Source: Octopus vulgaris
Taxonomy: Eukaryota
Assembly: GCA_951406725.2 (NCBI GenBank)
Contig: OX597837.1
Coordinates: 23,312,001-23,376,000, forward strand
DNA: 64,000 bases
Reading direction: 5' to 3'
This document shows, in pieces, positions 51,533 to 64,000 of this stretch. Made by a program: the position numbers and the translations under genes. Every line of letters begins with the position of its first letter. Within the stretch, counting starts at the first letter, position 1. A model generated the notes under the pieces. It ran no database searches. It saw nothing but the letters and a program-made list of their open reading frames with translations, and had not been told where the DNA came from.

Positions 51533-52128
51533 TGTGTACAGTGCTCAGGTGCACTACAACTCATCTAAAGTGTATATATAATCAGGTGTAGTTTCGGCGG
51601 ATTTCGGAAAGCATGAGGGCCTTAAAGGATGCAGTGTCATGGCAGTCAACAACTGACGCAGGCAGTTTATTCCATGCTTCAGCAACTCTGAGCGTGAAAA
51701 AATGTTTCCGAAAGTCATGGGAGCTGTGTTGTTTTCTGACTTTGTAGGCATGTCCAAGTGTGTTAGACACATGGAGATCAAAAAGGTGTTCAGTGTTGTT
51801 GTTGGTGAGGTGGTTGATAACTTTGTGGGTGTTAACCAAGTCCGTTGCCAGACACCGGAGCTTCAGTGAATCCATGCCCAGGGAAACAAGGCGCTTAGAA
51901 TATGGTAGGTGTCTGATGGAGGGTATGCGTTTGGTTGCACGTCTCTGGACAGATTCCAGGAGGTCAATGTTCTGAGCAAGATAGGGGTTCCAAACTGATG
52001 ATGCGAATTCCAAGTGTGGTCGTACCATAGCTGCATACAGTTTTAACTAGATGGCTGGAGAGCGGCTAACAAAAGTCTTGCTGAGTGATGCCAAGACACC
52101 CTCGACCTTCTTGACAATTTTAGAGATA
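51502..52128 (-). mobile_element. CR1 LINE 3' fragment with (ATT)n tail
   Basis: VRPHLEFASSVWNPY...LESVQRRATK...FFTLRVAEAWNKLP. Confidence 0.95.
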
Positions 52129-52137
52129 GTATATGGG

Positions 52138-52178
<41 letters not shown>

Positions 52179-52661
52179 ATGTATGTATGTATTTACACTC
52201 ATTTAAATAATGCTTAGATTAATATAAGTGGTAACATTGCAAACTACAACAGAAGCAAATATGAACCCATACACCAGCATGTAACTATTAGAATCCTACC
52301 AACAGTCCAATGGGAGGATCCAGCCTCTCAACAACTGTAATTTGTTGTGCTATCCTCACATTACCCACTAGTATCACAAGACACTATATGGGTATATATA
52401 TATATGTAATATATCCTCCTCCTCCTCCTCCTCATCATCATCCTTTAACGTTTTCCATCTTGGTATGGATTGGACAGCTTGACCAGAGCTGGTAAGCCGG
52501 AGAGATGCACCAGGTTCCAGTTTGATTTAGCTTGGTTTTTATGACTGGATGCCCTTCCTAACACCAACCATTTTGCAGAGTGTGCTAGGTGCTTTTTATG
52601 TGGCACTGGTACAGGGCTCCTGCAGGCGAATCCTCTTCAGCAGAGGGAGCAGTATTGCTGT

Positions 52662-52714
<53 letters not shown>

Positions 52715-52823
52715 AGATCTGACTGGGCCTGATGAAGCCTTCCAGCTTCACAGACCCCAGTTGAACCGTCCAACCCATGCTAGCATGGAAAGCGGACGCT
52801 AAATGATGATGATGATGATGATA

Positions 52824-53101
52824 TCTGCATATATATAAGGCAGGACGTGTGTGTGTGTGTATACGTGAATGTAGTTTATGCACATCCACAAATTAGCACG
52901 CATTTTGCTCAAATTTTAAGAGGACATTCATCATGATCCTAGCTGTATTTTCGTCAAGTTACTTTCCCCGAGGCACCCTCGAATAGCGGTAAATAATTTT
53001 GAGCCAAATTTTCTCTGGAGAACATTCTTTCTTTGTAGTTAGATCGTATGTGATCTTCTCCTAGCATATGGCTATCCACCTAGTGGAGTTTTTAGCCCTA
53101 G
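52824..53101 (+). mobile_element. Possible non-autonomous Helitron-like element
   Basis: A|TC..ATATATATAAGGCAG start, (TG)n, small hairpin CCACCTAGTGG before a terminal CTAG. Confidence 0.35.
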
Positions 53102-53299
53102 ATATACACATGTATTGAAATTTTTTCTGATTTTTCATATTTTTTATATGCTAGGCTACTGGTTTTAAATTGATATTAATTAAATTAATATTCAATTTAT
53201 CTCCCTCATTATTTAAATATATATATAGTTGAAAATATGTGGAAAAAATATAAAGTGGAATAGAAATGCATACACACACATATTGACAATATGTGCAAA

Positions 53300-53647
53300 T
53301 GTGTATGTAAGTATGTATGTATGTATGTATGTATGTATGTATGTATGTATGTATGCATTTATATATGTATGTGTGCATGTATATATATATGTATGCATTT
53401 ATATATGTATGTGTGCATGTATGTATGCATGTATGTATGTATGTATGTATGTATGTATGCTTTATATATGTACGTGTGCATGTATATATGTATGTATGCA
53501 TCTATATATGTATGTGTGCATGAATGTATATATATGTATGTATGTATATATGCATGTATGTATGCATGTATGTATGTATGCTTTATATATGTACGTGTGC
53601 ATGTATATATGTATGTATGCATCAATATATGTATGTGTGCATGAATG

Positions 53648-53681
<34 letters not shown>

Positions 53682-53745
53682 CATGTATGTATGTATGCTT
53701 TATATATGTACGTGTGCATGTATATATGTATGTATGCATCTATAT
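53300..53745. repeat. Higher-order ~118-bp repeat built from TATG/TA microsatellite
   Basis: GCTTTATATATGTACGTGTGCATG at ~53459, 53580 and 53697. Confidence 0.8.
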
Positions 53746-53850
53746 GAAACGAAGGCATTTCTCTTCCACTTTTTATATTTTTTTTCCACATATTTTCAAC
53801 TCATAATTTTGACATGTGGTGTATACTGAATCTTCAGTATCTTTACACCT

Positions 53851-53886
<36 letters not shown>

Positions 53887-53965
53887 CCCCCCAAAAATGA
53901 AAGCACAATAATGTACTGAGGATGTGGTACATGCAAAGTATTATATACATGTATATATATATATG

Positions 53966-54052
<87 letters not shown>

Positions 54053-54993
54053 GTTTGTCTATATACAAACAAACATGCATTACATAAATACATACATACA
54101 AACATAAATACATACATACGCACATACACACACGCACATACTTACACATGCACATACATACACATATACATACACACATATGTACATATATACATACATA
54201 CATACATACATATATACATACATTCACATACATGCATTCATACACATACATACAGACTTACATACACACATACCCACACATATATATATACATACATAAA
54301 TACATTCATACATGCACACATACGTACATACATACATACATACATACATACGTACATACACATTTGCACAGATTGTCAATATAACATTTTCATAATTAGC
54401 ATGGCTGTTCCATTTATTATTCTCCCTCCTTCTAAAATGACCAGAAATTTATTTCGCTGGCAATATTGTTTCTTCGTTTCTGTCCTGTATCTTCTTATTC
54501 TTCCCACTCACTCACCACCTTATTGTTAATTGAAAATTATTCAAGAAATTTTCTTCTCTTTCCTATTTAGCACTTCTTTCGTCCAGTCTCTCTTTTCCTC
54601 TCACTCCGTCTTTGTCTCCCTCCCTCAAGCTCCGTCCACCAGTGTCAAACGATATGAGTGTCTGCATTAATCACCATTTACAATTATAGATTCTTTCTTG
54701 CTCTCTACGAGATGAAGATGAAGTCTTGGTGTGTTATTTATCATCTTAATGGAATATTAGTTGTAAACACTGAAAGTGCGGGGAGGGAGAGAATTGAATA
54801 AAATTGCTCTGAATGCATTCATAAAAGTCTATTACGATAGGGAATCAGGCCATTTGTGGAAAATACAAACATTTGGCTATACACACCATGATTGGTTATA
54901 GCCAACATTAATGACAACAACAACAACAACAATAACAACAACAAGAACATCGTCAACAATATCTACAATATAACATCAAGAATAACATTAATA

Positions 54994-55410
54994 GGCGCAG
55001 GAGTGACTGTGTGGTAAGTAGCTTGCTAACCAACCACATGGTTCCGGGTTCAGTCCCACTGCGTGGCATCTTGGGCAAGTGTCTTCTACTATAGCCTCAG
55101 GCCGACCAAAGCCTTGTGAGTGGATTTGGTAGATGGAAACTGAAAGAAGCCCGTCGTATATATGTATATATATATATATATATATGTGTGCGTGTATGTT
55201 TGTGTGTCTGTGTTTGTCCCCCAACATCGCTTGACAACTGATGCTGGTGTGTTTACGTCCCTGTCACTTAGCGGTTTGGCAAAAGAGACCGATAGAATAA
55301 TTACTGGGCTTACAAAAGAATAAGACCCGGGGTCGAGTTGCTCGACTAAAGGCAGTGCTCCAGCATGGCCGCAGTCAAATGACTGAAACAAGAAAGGGAG
55401 TAAAAGAGTA
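54994..55410 (+). mobile_element. SINE family A, mosaic of subfamily markers
   Basis: Consensus match; inserted in a degenerate (AAC)n region. Confidence 0.9.
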
Positions 55411-55536
55411 AGAGAAACATCAACTCCAGCAACATCAACATCGACATCAAGAAGATTAATGTTGACGACAAACCTCAACATAACATCAGCTACGACAGCA
55501 ACCACGATGACCATGACATCAAGAATGTAAACATTA

Positions 55537-55917
55537 GGAAGCACTCCGTCGGTTACGACGACGAGGGTTCCAGTTGATCCGATCAACGGAACAGCCTACT
55601 CGTGAAATTAACGTGTAAGTGGCTGAGCACTCCACAGACACGTGTACCCTTAACGCAGTTCTCGGGGATATTCAGCATGACACAGAGAGTGACAAGGCCG
55701 GCCCTTTGAAATACAGGTACAACAGAAACAGGAAGAAAGAGTGAGAGAAAGTTGTGGTGAAAGAGTACAGCAGGGATCATCACCATCCCCTGCCGGAGCC
55801 TCGTGGGACCTTAGGTGTTTTCGCTCAATAAACACTCACAACGCCTAGTCTGGGAATCGAAACCGCGATCCTACGACCGCGAGTCCACTGCCCTAACTAC
55901 TGGGCCATTGCGCCTCC
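55537..55917 (-). mobile_element. SINE family E, alternative tail
   Basis: GGAGGCGCAATGGCCCAGTAG head, GTTTCGATTCCC B-box. Confidence 0.85.
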
Positions 55918-56414
55918 ACAATGTAAACATTAATGACCATAAGAACAACATCAACGTCGACAATAACATCAACAACAACAAAAGCATTATCAAGAACAGC
56001 ATCAATGTCAATAACCATAACAACAGCATCAACAACCTCATCAGTATCAACAGCCATAACATCAATATCAACAACATCAGCATCAACAACTGACTAAATG
56101 TTCCACTGTTCAGATCAATACTGAATAAGCAGAACTATAATGAAAGATGTTCCATTTCTGACCATCCAGTCTTGTTTGTTTTCATTCAACCATAGTGTGT
56201 CTTGGACTACATTATCCAATAGGTCCTTCATTTTTAGGAGTCTCTAGAGGAATGTGGAAGCATATGGCCTAGTGGTTAGCATGTTGCAATCATGATTGTC
56301 AGATCATGGGATCGATTCCTGGACTGAGCGGTGTACTGTGTTCTTGAATAAAAATCTCGCCATCTCTTATCTGTGTATATAAGACAATTACAATGAAGTG
56401 GAGATTTATATATT

Positions 56415-56730
56415 CTTACTCTCTTTTACTCTTTTACTTCTTTCAGTCATTTGACTGCGGCCATGATGGAGCACCGCCTTTAATCAAGCAACTCGACCCC
56501 GGGACTTATTCTTTGTAAGCCCAGTACTTATTCTATCGGTCTCTTTTGCCGAACCGCTAAGTGCCGGGGACATAAACACATCAGCATCCGTTGTCAAGCA
56601 ATGTTGGGGGGACAAACACAAACATACACGCACACATATACATATATATACATATATATGACAGGCTTCTTTCAGTTTCTGTCTACCAAATCCACTCACA
56701 AGGCTTTGGTTGGACTGAGGCTACAGTAGA
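56415..56730 (-). mobile_element. SINE family A, head truncated
   Basis: Consensus match. Confidence 0.9.
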
Positions 56731-57039
56731 ATTATTCCAAATTTATTCCTGTCGAATCTTATCCCCAATTTTTGGTGGTTATAGAACTTAGCTGTTCTTT
56801 CTAGCGCATAGAATCCCTATAAGTAGATTCTCTATGTATTTAAATATACACTATATCGTATGACTTATATATGTATATATAGAATAACTTCCAAGCTTTG
56901 AAAGAATAATTTTGTGGGCTGGTTTGTTTAAAAAAAAGAGAAGATAAAAGCAAGTAGATGATAAAAGATAAAATAATCATGACTCAAACATCTTTGATTA
57001 TAAGTCAGCCTAATCAAGGCCAGACTGGAGGCTGAACTA

Positions 57040-57452
57040 CTCTTTACTCTTTACTCTTTTACTTGTTTCAGTCATTTGACTGCGGCCATGCTGGAGCACC
57101 GCCTGTAGTCGAGCAAATCGACCCCGGGACTTATTCTTTGTAAGCCCAGTACTTATTCTATCGGTCACTTTTGCCGAACCGCTAAGTGACGGGGACGTAA
57201 ACACACCAGCATCGGTTGTCAAGCAATGCTAGAGGGACAAGCACATACACACAAACATACACACATACAGATATATATATACATATATACGACAGGCTTC
57301 TTTCAGTTTCCGTATACCAAATCCACTCACAAGGCATTGGTCGGCCCGGGGCTATAGCAGAAGACACTTGCCCAAGATGCCACGCAGTGGGACTGAACCC
57401 GGAACCATGTGGTTGGTTAGCAAGCTACTTACCACACAGCCACTCCTGCGCC
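57040..57452 (-). mobile_element. SINE family A, young
   Basis: Near-identical to 4225 and 57971. Confidence 0.95.
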
Positions 57453-57561
57453 TATTTTAAATGCCAAGCTACCTCTTTTAAATGCCAAGCTTTGATAGCT
57501 GTAATTTTAGGACAGTGTTCATATATTCACTCCATCTCGTAATAAACAGGAACTATCAGAA

Positions 57562-57790
57562 GGCGGTGAGCTGGCAGAAACGTTAGCACACCGGGCGAAA
57601 TGCTTAGCGGCATTTTATCTGCAACTACGTTCTGAGTTCAAATTCCGCCGAGGTCAACTGTGCCTTTCATCCTTTCGGGGTAGATAAATTAAGTACCAGT
57701 TATGCACTGGGGTCGATGTAATCGACTCAATCCCTTTGTCTGTCCTTGTTTGTCCCCTCTATGTTTAGCCCCTTGTGGGCAATAAAGAAA
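57562..57790 (+). mobile_element. SINE family B
   Basis: Consensus match. Confidence 0.9.
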
Positions 57791-57970
57791 AAAAGAAAGT
57801 GTTGTCTACTTAACAGTGTAGTTGGAAACTAAACTACACCTATTAGATGCCAATCCACTGACAAGGTTTTGGTTGGCCCAGGGCTATAGTAGAAGACACT
57901 TACCCAAGGTGCCAAGCTGTGGGGGTGAACCCAGAAACATGTAGTTAGGGAGCAAATTTCTTACCATTTA

Positions 57971-58137
57971 GGCACAGGAGTGGCTGTGTGGTAAGTAGCT
58001 TGCTAACCAACCACATGGTTCCGGGTTCAGTCCCACTGCGTGGCATCTTGGGCAAGTGTCTTCTACTATAGCCCCAGGCCGACCAATGCCTTGTGAGTGG
58101 AGTTGGTAGACGGAAACTGAAAGAAGCCTGTCGTATA

Positions 58138-58192
<55 letters not shown>

Positions 58193-58394
58193 TTGTCCCC
58201 CTAGCATTGCTTGACAACTGATGCTGGTGTGTTTACGTCCCCGTCACTTAGCGGTTCGGCAAAAGAGACCGATAGAATAAGTACTGGGCTTACAAAGAAT
58301 AAGTCCCGGGGTCGAGCAGCTCGACTAAAGGCGGTGCTCCAGCATGGCCGCAGTCAAATGACTGAAACAAGTAAAAGAGTAAAGAGTAAAGAGA
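57971..58394 (+). mobile_element. SINE family A, young
   Basis: Consensus match. Confidence 0.95.
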
Positions 58395-58609
58395 GCCTGT
58401 GACTACATGGACACTCAGTCAGTCCACTTGCCCTTAATCCAATGGCACATTGAGAAAATAATTACTGGAGAGAGAAAGGACCACAGCAACACTCAGCTGG
58501 CACAAACTTACAACTGATTAAAATGTCTATCTCAAGGATACAATGTATTGCTTGATGCAGGCCATGTACCTTTACTTGCTTACAGCACAGAGCTTAAATT
58601 TCACCATGA

Positions 58610-59010
58610 CGAAACAATGTCACACGAAGTTAACAAGTCTAATCCCCTTTGACAGACACATCTAATTAGGACGGTAAAATCAATCAGTAAATTATATTTA
58701 TCTGACTGGCGTGAGAAGACCAAATACTGATTGATTGATATGTTATCAATATAATCCATCGAAGAGAGAACTTTGGAAATGAAGTCACTGGACAATGAAA
58801 GAGAAGCTTCATGCAGAATGTTCCAGAATAGATTTGACGAGGTGTTGTCATAAACTTATTGATCAATCAACTGGTACGTCTCTGATTGCAGATATTGTAT
58901 TTAGATAATATGAGAATAAATAGCTTTGTCTGAATTCTTCGTTAACTTCAAATTGTAATAATTATGATCAGTAACGAAGCTTGAGGCAAATCGGATGGAT
59001 GGACTTTAAT
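58610..59010. promoter_or_regulatory. Candidate TALE/homeodomain-bound enhancer
   Basis: Three TGATTGAT/ATCAATCA sites, TGACAG, TGTCATAAA, two TAATCC and CTAATTAG in a repeat-free island. Confidence 0.4.
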
Positions 59011-59759
59011 GAGAAATGATTGCAATAAGAGACACTGTTCACACCTCAAAACACACAAGTAAACAATAAAAATGATTTTTTTTCCTTGTAAATTTGATTA
59101 AAACTGTAAACAAGGAGAAGTAGAGATGAAAGGAGGGGATGGAGAGAGAGAGAGAGAAAGAAAGAGATGGAGAAGGAGAGGGAAATAAAAGGACAGAAAG
59201 AGAGGGGGAGGGAGAGAGGTGGAGAAAATGAGGAATACAGCAATTGGTAGATTTTGTAAGTGTCTTCTATTTCTCGCCTGTAACTGGTTTCAGCCATTGG
59301 ACTGTGGCGCAGCCTTGAAGGGTTTACCTATTTTTAAAGCGTCATGCTTATTCTATTTATTTATTTATTATTTTTTTTTTGCTGAACTGCTAAGTTACAA
59401 GGATGTAAACAAATCAACACAGGTAGTCAAGTGACAGTGGGAGACAAACAGAAACAGAAACACACACACACACACACAGAAGCACAGACGCACTCACACA
59501 CGTGCACATGTACATGCATACATATACATACAAATATGCACATATGCACATACACACATGCATACATATGCAATACACACACATTCATGCATACTTACAT
59601 ATAAACATGCATATGTGTGCATGCACACACACACACACACACACACACACTTACATACATGCATACATATACATACACATATGCACACATATACACACAT
59701 AAATACATATATACATACATACATACATACATACATACATACATACATACATACATACA

Positions 59760-59791
<32 letters not shown>

Positions 59792-59983
59792 CACCCATGA
59801 CAGGTTTCTTTAAGTTTCCGTTGGTTAAATCCACTCACAAGGCTTTGGTTGGTCCAGGGTTATAGTAGAAGACACTTGCCTAAGGTGCCATGTAGTGGGA
59901 CTGAACTCAAGACCACATGGTTGGTAAGCAAGCTTCTTAACCACACACCCAAGCCAGCACCTATATGTATGTATTTTTATATT

Positions 59984-60359
59984 TTTTTACTTGTTTCAGT
60001 CATTTGACTGCGGCCATGCTGGAGCACCGCCTTTAGTCGAGCAAATCGACCCCGGGACTTATTCTTTGTAAGCCCAGTACTTATTCTATCGGCCTCTTTT
60101 TGCCAAACCGCTAAGTGACGGGGACGTAAACACACCAGCATCGGTTGTCAAGCAATGCTACGGGGACAAACACACACATACATATATATATACATATATA
60201 CGACAGGCTTCTTTCAGTTTCCGTCTACCAAATCCACTCACAAGGCATTGGTCAGCCCGAGGCTATAGCAGAAGACACTTGCCCAAGATGCCACGCAGTG
60301 GGACTGAACCCGGAACCATGTGGTTGGTTAGCAAGCTACTTACCACACAGCCACTCCTG
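59984..60359 (-). mobile_element. SINE family A, young
   Basis: Consensus match. Confidence 0.95.
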
Positions 60360-60578
60360 TATGTATTTTTATATTTTTTTAATTCATTTAATGGTTCCAT
60401 TTAACAGACTGTGTACATGCTGGAGCACTGACATGAAGGGATTAGCTACTAATACACCAGGATTTATTTTTAAGTCAGGCACTTACTTTATCAATCACGT
60501 TTTGCTGAATAGCTAAGCCATGGAGATGTTAAGAAACAAAGCCACTTGTCAAGTGGTGCGTGATAAGTACACACACAC

Positions 60579-60966
60579 ATCAGTTTGGTAAGAAAGTTCT
60601 TGGACACTTTTAACATATCACTTTACTAACAATTAAAAAAACAATAAAAAACAATAAAAAACAATCAAACCAAAAGATAATCCCCCTTGTTATTGATCAC
60701 CTTTTGCTATCATTCGGCCAAAGTTTTGAATCCTTTCATCTAGAAATCACGTGGCTTTGAATCAATAAAGTCATAAAGGAATGATTTCACATCTTCTTTG
60801 TTTCCGAACTCTATATCGCCAATCGCTCATTGCAAGGCAGAGAATAAGTGGTAGTCAGAAGGGGCAAGGTCAGGAAAATACGGTGGGTGCACCATAATCT
60901 CCCAGCCTGCCTCCTTCAGCTTCTCTGACATCTTCTTTGCACGATGTGCTGGTGTGCACGATGAGG
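60579..60966 (-). mobile_element. Mariner 3' fragment
   Basis: PAHRAKK...GWEIMVHPPYFPDLAPSDYHLFSAL. Confidence 0.85.
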
Positions 60967-61062
60967 AAAGGTCAATTTGTTAGAAAAAACAAAGGAAAAT
61001 CACTACATCAGGTAGACATAGACACAGAAACATATACACACACATACACATATATATATATA

Positions 61063-61287
61063 TTTCTTTACTGCCCACAAGGGGCTAAACATAGAATGGA
61101 CAAACAAGGACAGACAAAGGGATTAAGTCGATTACATCGACCCCAGTGCGAAACTGGTACTTTATTTATCGACCCCAAAAGGATGAAAGGCAAAGTCGAC
61201 CTCGGTGGAATTTGAACTCAGAACGTAACAACAGACGAAATACCGCTAAGCAGCCAGGAGTGCTAACGTTTCTGCCAGCTTGCCGCC
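61063..61287 (-). mobile_element. SINE family B, next to a family A 5' half (61297-61460)
   Basis: Consensus match. Confidence 0.9.
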
Positions 61288-61849
61288 TATATATATACGA
61301 CGGGCTTCTTTCAGTTTCCTTCTGCCAGATCCACTCACAAGGCTTTGGTCGGCCCGAGGCTATAGTAGAAGACACTTGCCCAAGGTGCCACGCAGTGGAA
61401 ATGAACCCGGAACCATGTGGTTGGTAAGCAAGCTACTTACCACACAGCTACTCCTGTGCCCTATATGGATATACACATGTATGTATATATACATGTGTGT
61501 GAATAACAAAAACTAAACACAGAGAATAAGTAAACTGCACAGAGCAAAGAAAACAGCAACATAGTCACCAATTTCCTTTTATCAGCTGAAGGTCATTACA
61601 ACAGGATTGCTTGCCTAACTGTGCTAGAATATCTACTACAAATGCAACTAGGAAATGGTGTATTGAAAACAGGATGAGAAAATGATTTGGAAAAGTGAAG
61701 CAGAAAGACAACAAATACTGGAGAATATATAAAAAATTATGTAAAAGTAGGTATAACAAATATTTAAGCTTATCATCTTTATAAAAGAGATATGGGAAAA
61801 TAAGACAAACAGACAGGTGACAAAAAGCATTAACTTTTTGGCATTTAAA

Positions 61850-62083
61850 CTGGCCAGCATGTAAAAAGCACCGTCCAATTGTGGTCGTTTGCCAGCTTCG
61901 TCTGGCACCTGTGCAGGTGGCACGTAAAAAGCACACGCACTACACTCACGGAGTGGTTGGCGTTTAGAAGGGCATCCAGCTGTAGAAACATTGCCAGATC
62001 AGACTGGGTCTGGCGCAGCCTTCTGGCTTCCCGGACCCCAGTTGAACCGTCCAACCCATGCTAGCATGGAAAGCGGACGTTAA

Positions 62084-62118
<35 letters not shown>
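61850..62118 (+). mobile_element. Family C 3' part
   Basis: GGTGGCACGTAAAAAGCAC...(ATG)n. Confidence 0.9.
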
Positions 62119-62496
62119 ATTCATCCCAAATATTCTACCTGTTTTATGTTCAAACTGACCAGTTTCAGCCTCTCATTCCTACCCTACAAAGCCATTTAAA
62201 AAGAGAACAACCACATTATGAAAATCTTCAAATTTTCAAATTTTGGTACAGAGCAAGCAATTTTGAGAGGAGGGGAAGTCATTTATTACAGTGACCCATG
62301 ACCCCACCAACACTTCACTGTTTATTTATTTTATCGGCATGGAAAAGATGAAAGGCAAAGCTGACCTTAACAGAATTTGAACACAGAATGTAATGATGGA
62401 GAAAATGCTTCGTAGCATTCTGTCTGGCATGGTAATAGTCCTGCCATCTCACAGCTTTCTTGAAATTATGAGATAACGCATGATTATTTCAAAACA

Positions 62497-62828
62497 TTAC
62501 GGAGATGTACTTACATAGCAAGTGACCAGATCTGAGATCGAGTACTGAAACGAAAACAATTGCAGTGTGGAAGATGTTTGTAAGTCATTTAAGAAACACA
62601 CAAAAACCGTTCGATTCACTTCAACATTTAAATTTAATTTGTCAAAATATTTTCATCACTTTAAGACCGCGATCTGTTCACTGACAAAAATCCGTGGTCA
62701 GTGAACAGGTCGCGGTCTTAAAGCGACGAAAATATTTTGACAAATTAAACTTAAATGTTGAAGTGAATCGAACGGTTTTTGTGTACTTCTTAAATGGCTT
62801 ACAAACACCTTCCACGCTGCAATTGTTT
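62497..62828. mobile_element. Fold-back with G3:C8 hammerheads on both strands (copy 3), nested in a piggyBac-like MITE (62120-62890)
   Basis: Minus HHR 62638-62688 (stem II ATCGC/GTGAT); plus HHR 62697-62741. Confidence 0.85.
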
Positions 62829-63450
62829 CAAAACAATATGAATAAATAAGTATTGCCTTTGACAGAGTAAACTGAATGCTAAGCGGTTAATCAACAATGG
62901 GTTAACTAATAGGGAAGCAAAGGGAGTGATTGCTCCATCTGAAGCACATTTTGAAAAATTGGTGCCTTTTCAACATTTTTTAAAACTCTTTAGATCACCT
63001 GTGAGATAAAATTTAAATTCCTCTTTTTCTCTTTTTGTTAATTGCATGGCCTTGGAAGAACTGGGTCATTAATTTATTTGACCAATCACCCATGTTTTAG
63101 AACTGTCAGCTCAATTATCTGTGATGTGTTGGTGGCTGCTAACATCTGAAGAACCAAAACAAACCCTGATATCATAACCTCTCAAAGCCAGACAATCCTA
63201 TCGAGTTTCATCTTTTTCACGTCACACCTATATCTGGAGTTGTAAACTTATTTCATGTCACTCCAATATCAATAGCTGTAAGTTTTGAACATAATAAAAT
63301 TCTTACTGAAATATGACATTACAGTGAGAAAATTTTCCATGACAAAATGCAGTAAATGGCTTGCCTACAGGTTTGAACGTTCCTCAAACATATTTGAACT
63401 GGTCATAAAGCTACAATCACATATATTGTAACTAATGAAATATTTTGTGT

Positions 63451-64000
63451 AGGCATAGGAGTGGCTGTGTGGTAAGTAGGTTGCTTACCAAACACATGGT
63501 TCCGGGTTCAGTCCCACTGCATGGCACCTTGGGCAAGTGTCTTCTACTATAACCTATTTCTTTACTACCCACAAGGGGCTAAACACAGAGAGGACAAACA
63601 AGGACAGACAAACGAGTTAACGTAGCGGCAGACGAAATACCGCTCAGCATTTCGCCCAGCGTGCTACCGATTCTGCCAGCTCGCCGTCTTCTACTATAAC
63701 CATGGGTCAACCAAAGCCTTGTGAGTGGATTTGGTAGATGGAAACTGAAAGAAGCCCGTCGTATATATGTATATATATATATATATTTATATGTATGTGT
63801 GTATATGTTTGTGTGTCTGTGTTTGTCCCCCCAACATCACTTGATCCCCGATGCTGGTGTGCTTACGTCCCCGTAACTTAGTGGTCCGGCAAAAGAGACT
63901 GATAGAATAAGTACTAGGCTTAGAAAGAATAAGTCCTGGGGTCGAGTTGCTTGACTAAAGGTGGTGCTCCAGCATGACTGCAGTCAAATGACTGAAACAA
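63451..64000 (+). mobile_element. SINE family A interrupted by an inverted family B fragment (63555-63690)
   Basis: GTCTTCTACTATAACC appears on both sides of the insert. Confidence 0.9.

Overview
Eukaryotic, AT-rich, repeat-saturated DNA. The SINE families and extreme microsatellite load point to a coleoid cephalopod, probably Octopus (inferred from recalled repeat families; no search was run). It looks intronic or intergenic, and I can support no host protein-coding gene. Most ORFs in the track are microsatellite or SINE read-through. The real coding remnants all belong to transposons: two Naiad-clade Penelope-like GIY-YIG fragments, CR1, RTE and R4/Dong LINE 3' ends, two mariners and a split Tigger/pogo. 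The main unexpected signal is a set of short, mostly (TA)n-flanked fold-back elements carrying minimal type I hammerhead ribozymes (HHRs) with palindromic helix III. Across different families the core 3:8 pair appears in all four Watson-Crick forms (CUGAAGA, UUGAGAA, AUGAUUA, GUGAACA), plus a CUGUAGA-A variant, with compensatory changes in the stems. Also seen: a probable 4.3-kb inversion splitting a Tigger, a ~650-bp inverted duplication, SINE/LINE tail sharing and swapping, and a dense TALE/Hox-type motif cluster at ~58.6-59.0 kb. Repeat boundaries were read by eye and are approximate (about +/-10 nt).
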